This document shows, piece after piece, positions 16,269 through 23,591 of a stretch of DNA of 32,000 nucleotides. The stretch is from assembly GCF_001462395.1 (NCBI RefSeq), contig NZ_LNTB01000001.1:286400-318399 (forward strand), given 5' to 3'. Origin of the DNA: Pyrodictium occultum (lineage in GTDB: Archaea; Thermoproteota; Thermoprotei_A; Sulfolobales; Pyrodictiaceae). The translations under genes were made by a program, and so were the position numbers. Positions within the stretch are counted from its first letter, which is position 1, and the number at the start of each line of letters is the position of its first letter. Under the pieces are notes generated by a model. It was not told the DNA's origin, made no database searches, and saw nothing but the letters and a program-made list of their open reading frames with translations.

Positions 16269-16345
16269 CGGCGGCTGCAGCGGCTAGAGCCTACGGCGGG
16301 TAACCGTAATCTACACCGGCGCCGCGCCACAGGGCCCCTGGGGGG

Positions 16346-16801
16346 ATGTTGGCGGGGAGGACGGGGCCGGAGCGCGAGGCCGTGGTCGACACCAGCGTGC
16401 TGCACGCCCTCCTAGTGGAGGAGGACCCCCACCACGGCCCGGCGGCCCTGCTGGCCTCGAGGATAGCGGCCGTGGTGCCGAGCAGCGTCGTCCACGAGCT
16501 GGTGTGGAGCCTGCGCCGCCGCCTCGGCGCCGCCGCGGCTGGCTCCAGGGTGGGCTGGCTCCTAGCCCGCGGCGTCAGGGTGGAGCCCGTGAGGCTCGAT
16601 GACGTGTGGTTCGCCCTCCGCGACCCGCGGCGCTACGAGGACCTCCTAGTGGTCTCGGTGGCCAGGCGCCTAGGCCTCCCCTTGGCGACCCTGGACCGGG
16701 GCATGGCCAGGCTCGCCGCCCGGCACGGGGTCGAGCTGCTCCCCATCCCCGGGGCCCCGGGGGCACATGGGAGGGCTGGCGAGGAGACAGGGCAGGCTTG
16801 A
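16346..16801 (+). CDS. PIN-domain protein (VapC-like ribonuclease)
   Basis: VVDTSVLHALL (first acidic residue), HELVW, and YEDLLVVSVARRLGLPLATLDRGMARLA (D...T.D) fit the PIN fold. The start could alternatively be GTG 16382. Confidence 0.7.
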   Translation: MLAGRTGPEREAVVDTSVLHALLVEEDPHHGPAALLASRIAAVVPSSVVHELVWSLRRRLGAAAAGSRVGWLLARGVRVEPVRLDDVWFALRDPRRYEDLLVVSVARRLGLPLATLDRGMARLAARHGVELLPIPGAPGAHGRAGEETGQA

Positions 16802-16806
16802 TCGTG

Positions 16807-17009
16807 ATGGGGCATAGGGCCAACACGGCCAGGTGGCTCCGCCGCCACCTCTCCCGCACCCTGGTCGGCGAGCTGCATAGCCGCGGCCTCGCCGTGGCCG
16901 CCTGGACGGTGAACGACCCCCGGGGGCGAGGAGGCTCGCGGGAATGGGCGTGGACGTAATCGTAACCGACGCCCCCTGCGAGATAGCGGAGGCGCTGGCG
17001 GCTAGGTGA
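16807..17009 (+). pseudogene. Decayed glycerophosphodiester phosphodiesterase (GDPD) relic: internal deletion plus frameshift
   Basis: Frame 1 reads MGHRANT...LHSRGLAVAAWTVNDP and then stops. After a +1 shift within the ccccc-ggggg run, the sequence reads ARRLAGMGVDVIVTDAPCEIAEALAAR-stop. WTVND...GVDxIxTDxP is the canonical GDPD C-terminus and GHR resembles the N-terminal HRG motif. The ~180 aa normally between them are absent. Confidence 0.5.
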
Positions 17010-18072
17010 CCACCTGCTCCAGCATCCCCCTCGCAGCCGCCTCCCTCAGCTCCCTAGCCACCCTCCTCCCCATGTACATGGGCTCGCTCCAGTAGAGGCT
17101 GGCGTAGGGCGTCTGGAGCCCCGTGTAGACGTTAGTGCCGGCCACTATCCTGCCGCTGAACTCGAACACCTTGTACTCCAGGCTCTCCGTCACCACCCCC
17201 TCCAGGCTGTAGGGGCCGACGAGCGGGTAGCCCGTCTCCCTCTCAACCGCCCTGGCGAACCTCTCCCCGTAGTCCAGCACCCTGGCCAGGAGGCTCTCCC
17301 TAGCCACCACCGGGACGTTGGCCACCACGGTGTAGCTGGGCTCTATGCCCAGCTCCTCGACCAGCCGGGGCGGGAGCCGCTGGAGCCCATCCACGTTGCT
17401 CTCCAGCCTCAAATCCATGCCCAGCAGCTCCACCCTCCCGTGGACAAGGCTGTTGAAGAAGTGGCTGTAGAGCCTCACCCCCACCACGTACTCCTGCACC
17501 ACAGCCCCCTGGGGCAGCGCCCCCTCAAGCCCCCGGGCCTCCCGGGGCGAGACCAGCCGGTAGCCCCGGCCCCCCTTCGCGCCCGGGAGTTTCACTATAA
17601 CCGGCGCCCCGGCCTCGGCCGCCTCCCCGAGGCTCCGGAACCTCCGCGGCGTCTCAATCCCGGCCTCCTCCAGGAGCCCCAGCTTCCTCTCCCAGTCAGC
17701 CTCTATCTCCAGCAGATACCTGTTCCCCAGCATGGGGAGCTCGAGCTCCAGCAGCCTCTCCGCGCCAACGTACTCTATCAGGCTGGCGTGGGGCACAAGC
17801 ACGGCGTTAGCCTCCCTAAGCTCCTCCACAACCCTGCCGCTCAGCAGCTCCCCCCACGAGTCCACAACCACCACGCGGCTGTAGAGCCACGGGAACCTAG
17901 AGTATATCGACTCGTAGTACCTCCTGGCGGCGAGGAGGATGGCCTCGACACCCTCGTCCCTGGCGCCGCGGAGCAGCTGGAGCGCCGAGTGGCTCGCCGG
18001 CACAGCCAGCCTTACCCTGGAGGGGTCGTAGCCCCTAACCACCTCCCTCCCAGGGCTCCTAGCCCGGGCCAA
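17002..18072 (-). CDS. purP: 5-formaminoimidazole-4-carboxamide ribonucleotide (FAICAR) synthetase PurP
   Basis: 356 aa. VPHASLIEYVG, LGNRYLL, VKLPGAKGGRGY, QEYVVG, ELLGMDLRLESNVDGLQRLP and PSYTVVANVPVVARESLL align closely with my recollection of Methanocaldococcus PurP (ATP-grasp). Confidence 0.9.
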   Translation of the reverse strand: MARARSPGREVVRGYDPSRVRLAVPASHSALQLLRGARDEGVEAILLAARRYYESIYSRFPWLYSRVVVVDSWGELLSGRVVEELREANAVLVPHASLIEYVGAERLLELELPMLGNRYLLEIEADWERKLGLLEEAGIETPRRFRSLGEAAEAGAPVIVKLPGAKGGRGYRLVSPREARGLEGALPQGAVVQEYVVGVRLYSHFFNSLVHGRVELLGMDLRLESNVDGLQRLPPRLVEELGIEPSYTVVANVPVVARESLLARVLDYGERFARAVERETGYPLVGPYSLEGVVTESLEYKVFEFSGRIVAGTNVYTGLQTPYASLYWSEPMYMGRRVARELREAAARGMLEQVVT

Positions 18073-18229
18073 CCCAGCAGCCCCAGGGGGTGCTGCCCAG
18101 GGCTCCTCCAGGGGGTAAAAAGAGGGCCCGGAGGAGCCCGGGGGCCAGGAGCCGTGTGATGGAGTGGAGAACCGGGGATGGAGCGAGGAGAAAAACCCGG
18201 GAGGGCTGTAGGGCCGCCCCCGCCCAGCC

Positions 18230-18754
18230 TTAGCTGGTGCTGAGCACCTGGAAGTTGAACGCCACGGGCACGCTGTCGAACAGCATGCCCTCCTTGGCCT
18301 CGTAGTAGGCGGTGAAGCATAGGTATGATGTCCGGTTGCCGTCGGCGTCGAAGTCGTCGGTGTCCAGCACCACCACGGTGCTAGGCTTGTCGAGGCTCAC
18401 CATGCCCTTGGTGCTGTTGTGGCGGCAGTGGTCTATCATGACGGTGAAGTAGTCGAAGTAGTTCTTCAGCTGCTCGGCATTAGCCAGGGTTACCCCCAGC
18501 TTCACGATGTTGACGTCGTTCGGCTCGCGCCAGACTATTATGTAGCCCATGTCCTGGCTGCCCTGGGCGCCGGCGGCGGGGGAGACGCTGTGAATGAGGC
18601 TGTCGGTTATCTTCACGGGCTCGTTGGGCGCCTCGGCGCCGCCCACCGCGTAGAAGCTGTTCAGCGGGCTCCGGGTGGTGGCGAAGCCGGCTAGCAGGGC
18701 GAGGGCGGCAGCCGAAGCGACTAGGCCGGCCAGAGCCAGGGTCGTGTACCTCAC
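18230..18754 (-). CDS. Secreted or membrane-anchored beta-rich protein of unknown function
   Basis: GTG start preceded by GGAGGGG. The N-terminal hydrophobic signal is MRYTTLALAGLVASAAALALLAGF. The remainder is rich in N/D/F/Y/V with alternating patterns (GYIIVWREPNDVNIVKLGV, VVVLDTDDFDADGN, VPVAFNFQVL). GC content is lower than in neighbouring genes because of amino-acid composition. Confidence 0.6.
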   Translation of the reverse strand: MRYTTLALAGLVASAAALALLAGFATTRSPLNSFYAVGGAEAPNEPVKITDSLIHSVSPAAGAQGSQDMGYIIVWREPNDVNIVKLGVTLANAEQLKNYFDYFTVMIDHCRHNSTKGMVSLDKPSTVVVLDTDDFDADGNRTSYLCFTAYYEAKEGMLFDSVPVAFNFQVLSTS

Positions 18755-18844
18755 GGCGTCGACCCCTCCAGGGGTTCCAGCATGAACTCGCTCGATATGG
18801 TTTGTGATGTATGACGTAGAAGAGGCTTTCCCCGCCCGGGGGGC

Positions 18845-19315
18845 TCACTCCCCGCGGCCGAGCATCTCCCGGTAGAGCCGCGCCGGGTCCTCCACGGGGA
18901 GCAGCGCGTAGGCTATGTCCTCGTCCCTCCCGCCCTCGATGAGGAGGTGGCGGTTCTCCCAGCCGAGGCAGCGGATGAGCACGTGCCTCCTCCCCTCAGC
19001 GCTGGAGATCTCCGCGAGAAAGCCGTCCACCAGCCTGGGGTGCAGCAGGCAGTCGAGGGCCGCCCGGAGGAGGCCGCGGAGCCTCTCCAGGTGCCCGGCC
19101 AGCTCCTCCTCCCCCGGCTCCCCCGCGCCGGCCTCGCGGTAGAGCCGGCGCAGGTCCTCAAGGTAGCCGGTGAGCAGCTCCGCGTAGGCCTCCGGGGCGT
19201 CCGCGAGAGCCTCCCGCACCAGCTCCTCCTCGCCCCGGCCGTGGATCCTCAGCAGGGCCCTCTCGAGCACGCTCCGAGCCTCCTCAACCAGCTCCTCGCG
19301 CCCCGGCAGAGGCAT
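18845..19315 (-). CDS. Hypothetical acidic, helix-rich cytoplasmic protein
   Basis: ATG-start 156-aa ORF with window-typical codon usage, immediately upstream of and co-directional with the secreted-protein gene. I recognise no motif. Confidence 0.5.
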   Translation of the reverse strand: MPLPGREELVEEARSVLERALLRIHGRGEEELVREALADAPEAYAELLTGYLEDLRRLYREAGAGEPGEEELAGHLERLRGLLRAALDCLLHPRLVDGFLAEISSAEGRRHVLIRCLGWENRHLLIEGGRDEDIAYALLPVEDPARLYREMLGRGE

Positions 19316-19401
19316 CCCAAGCGTCCTCCAGCCCCCAGGGGCCAGGGGAGGGGTTTTGATACCACCCGGGGCCCCGAGGGGCCAGGGAGAGGGGAGACGC
19401 C

Positions 19402-20310
19402 ATGGAGCTGGGCCTAGTCTTCCTCGGCACCGGCGCCGCCCTGGCAGCCAGGCACCGCGGCCTCCCCTCCATAGCCCTCGTCTACCGCGGCAGCATAGTC
19501 CTCCTCGACTGCGGCGAGGGAACCCAGCACACCCTGGCCAGGGCCGGCCTAAGCCCCCTAAAGGTCGAGGCAGTGCTGATCACCCACCTCCACGGCGACC
19601 ACGTCCTCGGGCTCCCCGGCCTCCTCCAGACAATGGCCATGCAGGGCCGCAGGAGGCCACTCCTCGTAGCAGGCCCACCCGGCCTAAAGGAGCTGATCGA
19701 GGCAGCGTCAAAGCTCACCCACTGGCTCCCAAGCTACCCCATATACATCGCCGAGCCGGCACCCTGGCAGACCCTCCACCTCCCCAGCGGCCTAGAAGCA
19801 AAAACCTTCCCAGCCGACCACACCGTGCCAGCCCTAGGATATAGGATCCAGGAGCCCAGGAGAAAACCCAGAATAAACCTCGAGAAAGCACGGAAGCTAG
19901 GCCTACAGCCAGGACCCCAGCTAGCAAGACTACAGCGAGACGAGCCAGTAAGAATAGGCACCAAGATAATATACCCGGAAGACGTGGTAGAGGAGAAGCC
20001 AAGAGCATCAATAACTTACACCGGGGACACAAGGCCAAGCCAGGCAACGATAAAGGCAGCCAAACACACAACAATACTGATCCACGACTCCACCTTCACC
20101 AGCGAATACGCCCGCGAAGCCCACGAGAAAGGCCACAGCACAGCCAAGGACGCAGCAACAATAGCAAAGCAGGCGGGAGCACAGCTACTAATACTAACCC
20201 ACATCAGCGCCCGCTACAGGACAACACGCCCCCTACTCGACGAAGCCCGGAGAATATTCCCCAGGACAATAGCAGCAGAGGACCTAGCCAAACTACCAAT
20301 ACGGCCATAA
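19402..20310 (+). CDS. rnz: Ribonuclease Z (tRNA 3' endonuclease, MBL fold)
   Basis: ATG preceded by GGGGAG. LVFLGTGAA, PSIALVYRGSIVLLDCGEGTQ, ITHLHGDHVLGLPGLL, YTGDTRP, LIHDSTF and LTHISARY are the ordered RNase Z motifs. 302 aa. Confidence 0.9.
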   Translation: MELGLVFLGTGAALAARHRGLPSIALVYRGSIVLLDCGEGTQHTLARAGLSPLKVEAVLITHLHGDHVLGLPGLLQTMAMQGRRRPLLVAGPPGLKELIEAASKLTHWLPSYPIYIAEPAPWQTLHLPSGLEAKTFPADHTVPALGYRIQEPRRKPRINLEKARKLGLQPGPQLARLQRDEPVRIGTKIIYPEDVVEEKPRASITYTGDTRPSQATIKAAKHTTILIHDSTFTSEYAREAHEKGHSTAKDAATIAKQAGAQLLILTHISARYRTTRPLLDEARRIFPRTIAAEDLAKLPIRP

Positions 20311-20311
20311 A

Positions 20312-20339
20312 CCCAGCCCCTCCGGGGTTGCGGGCTGGG
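20312..20339 (+). terminator. Stem-loop directly after the rnz stop codon (8-bp GC stem, 12-nt loop)
   Basis: CCCAGCCC (20312-20319) pairs perfectly with GGGCTGGG (20332-20339). It is followed by GGTTTG. Function as a terminator is inferred only. Confidence 0.3.
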
Positions 20340-20367
20340 GGTTTGCCGGCTGTGTGTTTGGCCTGGT

Positions 20368-20598
20368 GTGGCTCGTCTCCGGCTTGTTGCTCCCCGTGAT
20401 GTGGTGCTTCCGCCTGCTAGCAGTAAGGTTGTGAAGTCCCTGGTTCTCCAGCGTGGCGGGTGGCTGGCTGGGCTCGCCTCGCCGAGGCAGGGCTACAAGC
20501 CGCTGTTCATCTCCATGCTGTACCGGGGTGGGAGGCACCTCTACGCGAGGGCTGGGCTCTCCCAGCCCCAGGAGAATGTCCCCTTCTACGCCTTCTAG
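20368..20598 (+). pseudogene. 76-codon ORF resembling the N-terminal segment of crenarchaeal Cas6 (probable truncated relic)
   Basis: RDVVLPPASSKVVKSLVL...GYKPLFISML resembles my recollection of the Sulfolobus Cas6 N-terminus (DVILPTPSSKVLKYLI...KYKPIFISHL). The ORF ends 10 nt before the 3' end of hisI on the other strand, so about 200 aa of a full Cas6 are missing. This rests on recollection, not a search. Confidence 0.35.
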
Positions 20599-20608
20599 CC
20601 CTCGCCCT

Positions 20609-21415
20609 CTAGGCCCGGGGGGCCCGCAGCCTCAGCCCCGGCGGGTGCCCGGGGCTGGCCTCTATGAGCACGTCGACGCCCTCGGGGGCCTCGCCCTCGG
20701 GGGCGAGGAGGGCTGTCACGGCTGCGGGGGTCGCCGAGCGCTTCTCCGCCTCCTCCGCCAGCTTCTGGGCTGTGGCCGGGTCGGGGGCGTAGACTGCGAC
20801 GCGGTCCAGCTCCCCCAGGGACTCGGGGACCCTGCCGCCCGCGGCGAGGTGGAGGCTTGCCTTCAGCCTCTGGGCCGCGAGGAGTGCTAGGAGCGAGCTG
20901 GGCCCTTCGGGGGCGAGGAGCGCCGTGACCCCTGCCCCCGCCCTGGCGCGTATCCTCTCGGCCAGGAGGCTTGCCGCCAGGGCTGCCAGGAGGGGGCTGG
21001 GCGGGGGCCTCCAGGTGGCGAGGGGGTGGGCCACCCTGCCGCCCTCGATCCTCGTGTATGGCCTCGTCTCCTCCAGTAGCCTCTCGAGCATCTCCCCCCT
21101 CCGGTCCGCCAGGTGGTTGTGGAAGCAGCTCCTCCTCCCCAGGTGGCAGACGTGCCTCCTCGGCGCGGCGACGTAGGCTGCCGCGTCCCGGTCGCAGTCG
21201 AGGATGACCTCCAGCACCTCGAGGACGCCGCCGCTGGTGGAGCCCTTGAGCCAGAGGCTGCCCCTGCTCCTGGAGTGGAAGTGGGCCAGCCCCGTCTCGG
21301 CTGTGAGCCTCAGCGCCTCCTCGCTGGCGTAGGCTAGCATGAGGGGCTCGCCGGTCACTGCGTCCACCACGGCTACGGGTACCAGCCTCCCCCTGGGGGC
21401 CTCGCCCTCAGCCAT
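20609..21415 (-). CDS. hisI: Phosphoribosyl-AMP cyclohydrolase HisI with ~160-aa C-terminal extension of unknown function
   Basis: The N-terminal ~105 aa (LMLAYASEEALRLTAETGLAHFHSRSRGSLWLKGSTSGGVLEVLEVILDCDRDAAAYV...VCHLGRRSCF) match the PRA-CH signature. The ATG is 6 nt after the hisH stop, with GGAGGG between them. The remaining ~160 aa are not HisE, which is encoded separately. Confidence 0.85.
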   Translation of the reverse strand: MAEGEAPRGRLVPVAVVDAVTGEPLMLAYASEEALRLTAETGLAHFHSRSRGSLWLKGSTSGGVLEVLEVILDCDRDAAAYVAAPRRHVCHLGRRSCFHNHLADRRGEMLERLLEETRPYTRIEGGRVAHPLATWRPPPSPLLAALAASLLAERIRARAGAGVTALLAPEGPSSLLALLAAQRLKASLHLAAGGRVPESLGELDRVAVYAPDPATAQKLAEEAEKRSATPAAVTALLAPEGEAPEGVDVLIEASPGHPPGLRLRAPRA

Positions 21416-21421
21416 CCCTCC

Positions 21422-22042
21422 TCACCTCCGGAGGAGCCTCACCCAGTTCTCCAGCACCCTCCTGCCCTGCCTCCCGCTCCTCTCGGGGTGGAACTGGGTA
21501 CCGTAGACCGGCGGCGCCTCCACCACGGCAGCGTACAGGGTCTCGCCGTAGCGGCTGGCTGCGCAGACCCAGGGCTCCTCAACCCGGGTGTAGGCGTAGC
21601 TGTGGACGTAGTAGAAGTACTCGCCGTCCTCCACGCCCTCGAGGAGCCTGCAGTCCCTCCCGGGAACCCGGTGGACCCTGCTCCAGCCTATGTGGGGGAG
21701 CTTGGCCGCCACGAGCCGCTCCACCTTGCCGGGGAGGAGGGCCAGCCCGAAGCCCTGCTCCCCCGCCTCCCTCCCCTCGGTGAAGACCAGCTGGAGGCCC
21801 AGGCAGACGCCGAGCAGCTGGGCCCCCATGCGCAGCGCCTCCCCCAGCTCCCGGGCGCAGTCGTGGAGCCGGGCGGAGGCGGCCTGGTAGGCGCCGACCC
21901 CGGGGAGCACGATGCCGTCCCACTCGCCGGGGTTGCGGATGCACTCCACCACCACCGGCTCCGCGCCGGCGCGGCGTAGGCCGGAGACGATGCTGTAGAT
22001 GTTGCCCACCCCGTACCTCACCACCGCTACCCTCGGCGCCAC
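21422..22042 (-). CDS. hisH: Imidazole glycerol phosphate synthase, glutamine amidotransferase subunit HisH
   Basis: VVRYGVGNIYSI, LPGVGAY, GVCLGLQL (nucleophile Cys), HSYA and QFHPERS. 206 aa. The GTG start overlaps the hisE end by 16 nt. Confidence 0.9.
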   Translation of the reverse strand: MAPRVAVVRYGVGNIYSIVSGLRRAGAEPVVVECIRNPGEWDGIVLPGVGAYQAASARLHDCARELGEALRMGAQLLGVCLGLQLVFTEGREAGEQGFGLALLPGKVERLVAAKLPHIGWSRVHRVPGRDCRLLEGVEDGEYFYYVHSYAYTRVEEPWVCAASRYGETLYAAVVEAPPVYGTQFHPERSGRQGRRVLENWVRLLRR

Positions 22043-22326
22043 CCGGCCCTCGCCTCCAGCTCCTCCACCACGTCGCAGATGCTCAGCCCCCTGAGCCGGA
22101 GCACGACCATGAGGTGGTATAGGAGGTCGGCGGCCTCCTCCAGCAGCCTCTCCCTCGGCCCGGCCAGCGCCTCCACCATGGCCTCCGCGGCCTCCTCGCC
22201 GAGCTTCCTGGCCGCGAGCCGTGGGTCGCGGAGCAGCCTCGCGGTGTAGCTGCCCTCGGGCATCTCCCTGGCCCGCCCCGCTATTACCCGGTCGAGCTCC
22301 TCCAGGAACCCGGTGCAGCCCGTCAC
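22027..22326 (-). CDS. hisE: Phosphoribosyl-ATP pyrophosphohydrolase HisE
   Basis: FLEELDRVIAGR...SYTARLL...KLGEEAAEAMVEA...LLEEAADLLYHLMVVL is the MazG-like HisE pattern. I place the start at GTG 22326, forming a GTGA overlap with the hisD stop. The 5' 58 codons of the track ORF are Arg/Gly junk inside hisD. Confidence 0.85.
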   Translation of the reverse strand: MTGCTGFLEELDRVIAGRAREMPEGSYTARLLRDPRLAARKLGEEAAEAMVEALAGPRERLLEEAADLLYHLMVVLRLRGLSICDVVEELEARAGWRRG

Positions 22327-23591
22327 CTCCCCCCGCCCCTCTCCAGCCGCCCCGCGTAGTACTCTATGCTCCTGGCGTGCCTGGTGAAGCCCTCCAGCCT
22401 CGCCAGCTCGGCCGCCGCCTCGGCGTACTCCTCGCCCAGCCCCGGCTCGGCGTAGGCCACGGGCCTCAGGAAAGTGTAGACGCCGAGCCCGCCCCTCCAC
22501 CTTGCAGCGCCCCCGGTGGGGAGGACGTGGCTGGGCCCGTAGGCGTAGTCCAGCAGCGCCGGCGGGACCCCGAGGCTGACGAGCCCGGCGGGCGGCCGGG
22601 CCTCCAGCAAGGGCCCCGGGTCCCGGAGGTAGGCCACCAGGTGCTCCGGCGCCATCCTGGAGACTAGCTCCAGCGCCTCCCCGAGCCCCGGGGTGACTGC
22701 CACCGCCAGGCCCCCTATCTCCCCGGCCGCCTCCCTCCTCAGGATCCTGTAAACCTCCTCCGCCAGGCCCCGGGAGGGGGTCGCCAGCAGCGAGAGGCTG
22801 AGGGGGCCGTGCTCAGCCTCGGCAAGCATGTCCAGCGCCACCTGCACCGGGTCGGCGGACTCGTCTGCCACCACCGCTAGCTCCGTGGGCCCCGCGATCA
22901 TGTCGACGCCGACCACGCTGGATACCAGGAGCTTCGCCGCCTGCACGTAGGGGCTCCCCGGCCCCACCACCATGTCCACCTTCTCCACCGGCTCGGCGCC
23001 GTAGGCCAGCGCCGCCACCGCCTGGGCGCCGCCCAGCGCGTAGACCGCGTCGGCCCCCGCCAGGTAGGCGGCTGCCAGCACAGCCGGGTGGACGGGGCTC
23101 CCCCCGCAGCCGCTCCTGCAGGGCGGGGAGGCCACCACCACCCTGCGGCAGCCCGCGACCCTGGCGGGGACCACGGTGTGGACCACGGTGGAGGGGTAGG
23201 GGTGAAGCCCCCCGGGCGCGTAGACCCCTACCCTCTCCACGGGGTGCCAGCGGAGCCGGGCGCCGGGCGCCCCGGCCTCCGGGGGGAGGGTGGAGGAGTG
23301 GTAGCGGCGGAGGGCCTCGACGGCCCTCTCCAGCGCCTCCACCGCCCGGGAGGGGAGCGCGTCCAGGGCCTGGCTCATCTCCTCCCTGCCCAGCCTCGGG
23401 TCCTCGAGGCCCACCCCGTCGAACCTCTCGCTGTACTCCCTCGCCGCCTCGTAGCCGCGGCGCCGGACGTCCTCGACTATCGGCCTAACCCTCTCAACGT
23501 ACTCCTCGAGGCTGTAGCTCCTCCCGAGGAGCTCCTCCAGCTCCTCGGCGCCCGGGCCCCGGGGCCACTCCGCGTAGAGGATGCGCGGCAC
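22323..23591 (-). CDS. hisD: Histidinol dehydrogenase HisD
   Basis: 422 aa. GPGSPYVQAAK, AGPTELAVVAD, AEAEHGP, APEHL and the GVYTFL-containing C-terminus fit HisD. The GTG start directly abuts the hisF stop (TAGGTG). Confidence 0.92.
   Translation of the reverse strand: MPRILYAEWPRGPGAEELEELLGRSYSLEEYVERVRPIVEDVRRRGYEAAREYSERFDGVGLEDPRLGREEMSQALDALPSRAVEALERAVEALRRYHSSTLPPEAGAPGARLRWHPVERVGVYAPGGLHPYPSTVVHTVVPARVAGCRRVVVASPPCRSGCGGSPVHPAVLAAAYLAGADAVYALGGAQAVAALAYGAEPVEKVDMVVGPGSPYVQAAKLLVSSVVGVDMIAGPTELAVVADESADPVQVALDMLAEAEHGPLSLSLLATPSRGLAEEVYRILRREAAGEIGGLAVAVTPGLGEALELVSRMAPEHLVAYLRDPGPLLEARPPAGLVSLGVPPALLDYAYGPSHVLPTGGAARWRGGLGVYTFLRPVAYAEPGLGEEYAEAAAELARLEGFTRHARSIEYYAGRLERGGGR

Noticed and set aside
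16606-16959. 117-aa ORF overlapping the PIN gene 3' half.
   Set aside because: Only its last ~50 codons (from 16807) carry recognisable GDPD-like sequence. The upstream part is an out-of-frame shadow of the PIN gene.
18073-18229. Possible C/D-box sRNA in the purP upstream spacer (GUGAUGG at about 18157).
   Set aside because: Only an imperfect C-box-like heptamer is present. I found no matching CUGA D box or terminal stem at the appropriate distance.
20293-20538. Minus-strand 81-aa ORF, considered as an inverted decayed duplicate of the rnz 3' part (HITGSNKP vs ITYTGDTRP; shared 12-mer GCCAAACACACA).
   Set aside because: The similarity does not extend beyond a few residues or one low-complexity 12-mer. 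The translation is Pro/Thr/Gln-rich junk, and the plus-strand ORF is more protein-like.
20599-21100. Possibility that the remainder of the Cas6-like gene continues on the plus strand under the HisI extension.
   Set aside because: None of the three plus-strand frames shows Cas6-like blocks (no Gly-rich GxGxxxxxGxG loop). In addition, only ~160 codons of space exist before the unambiguous HisI catalytic domain.
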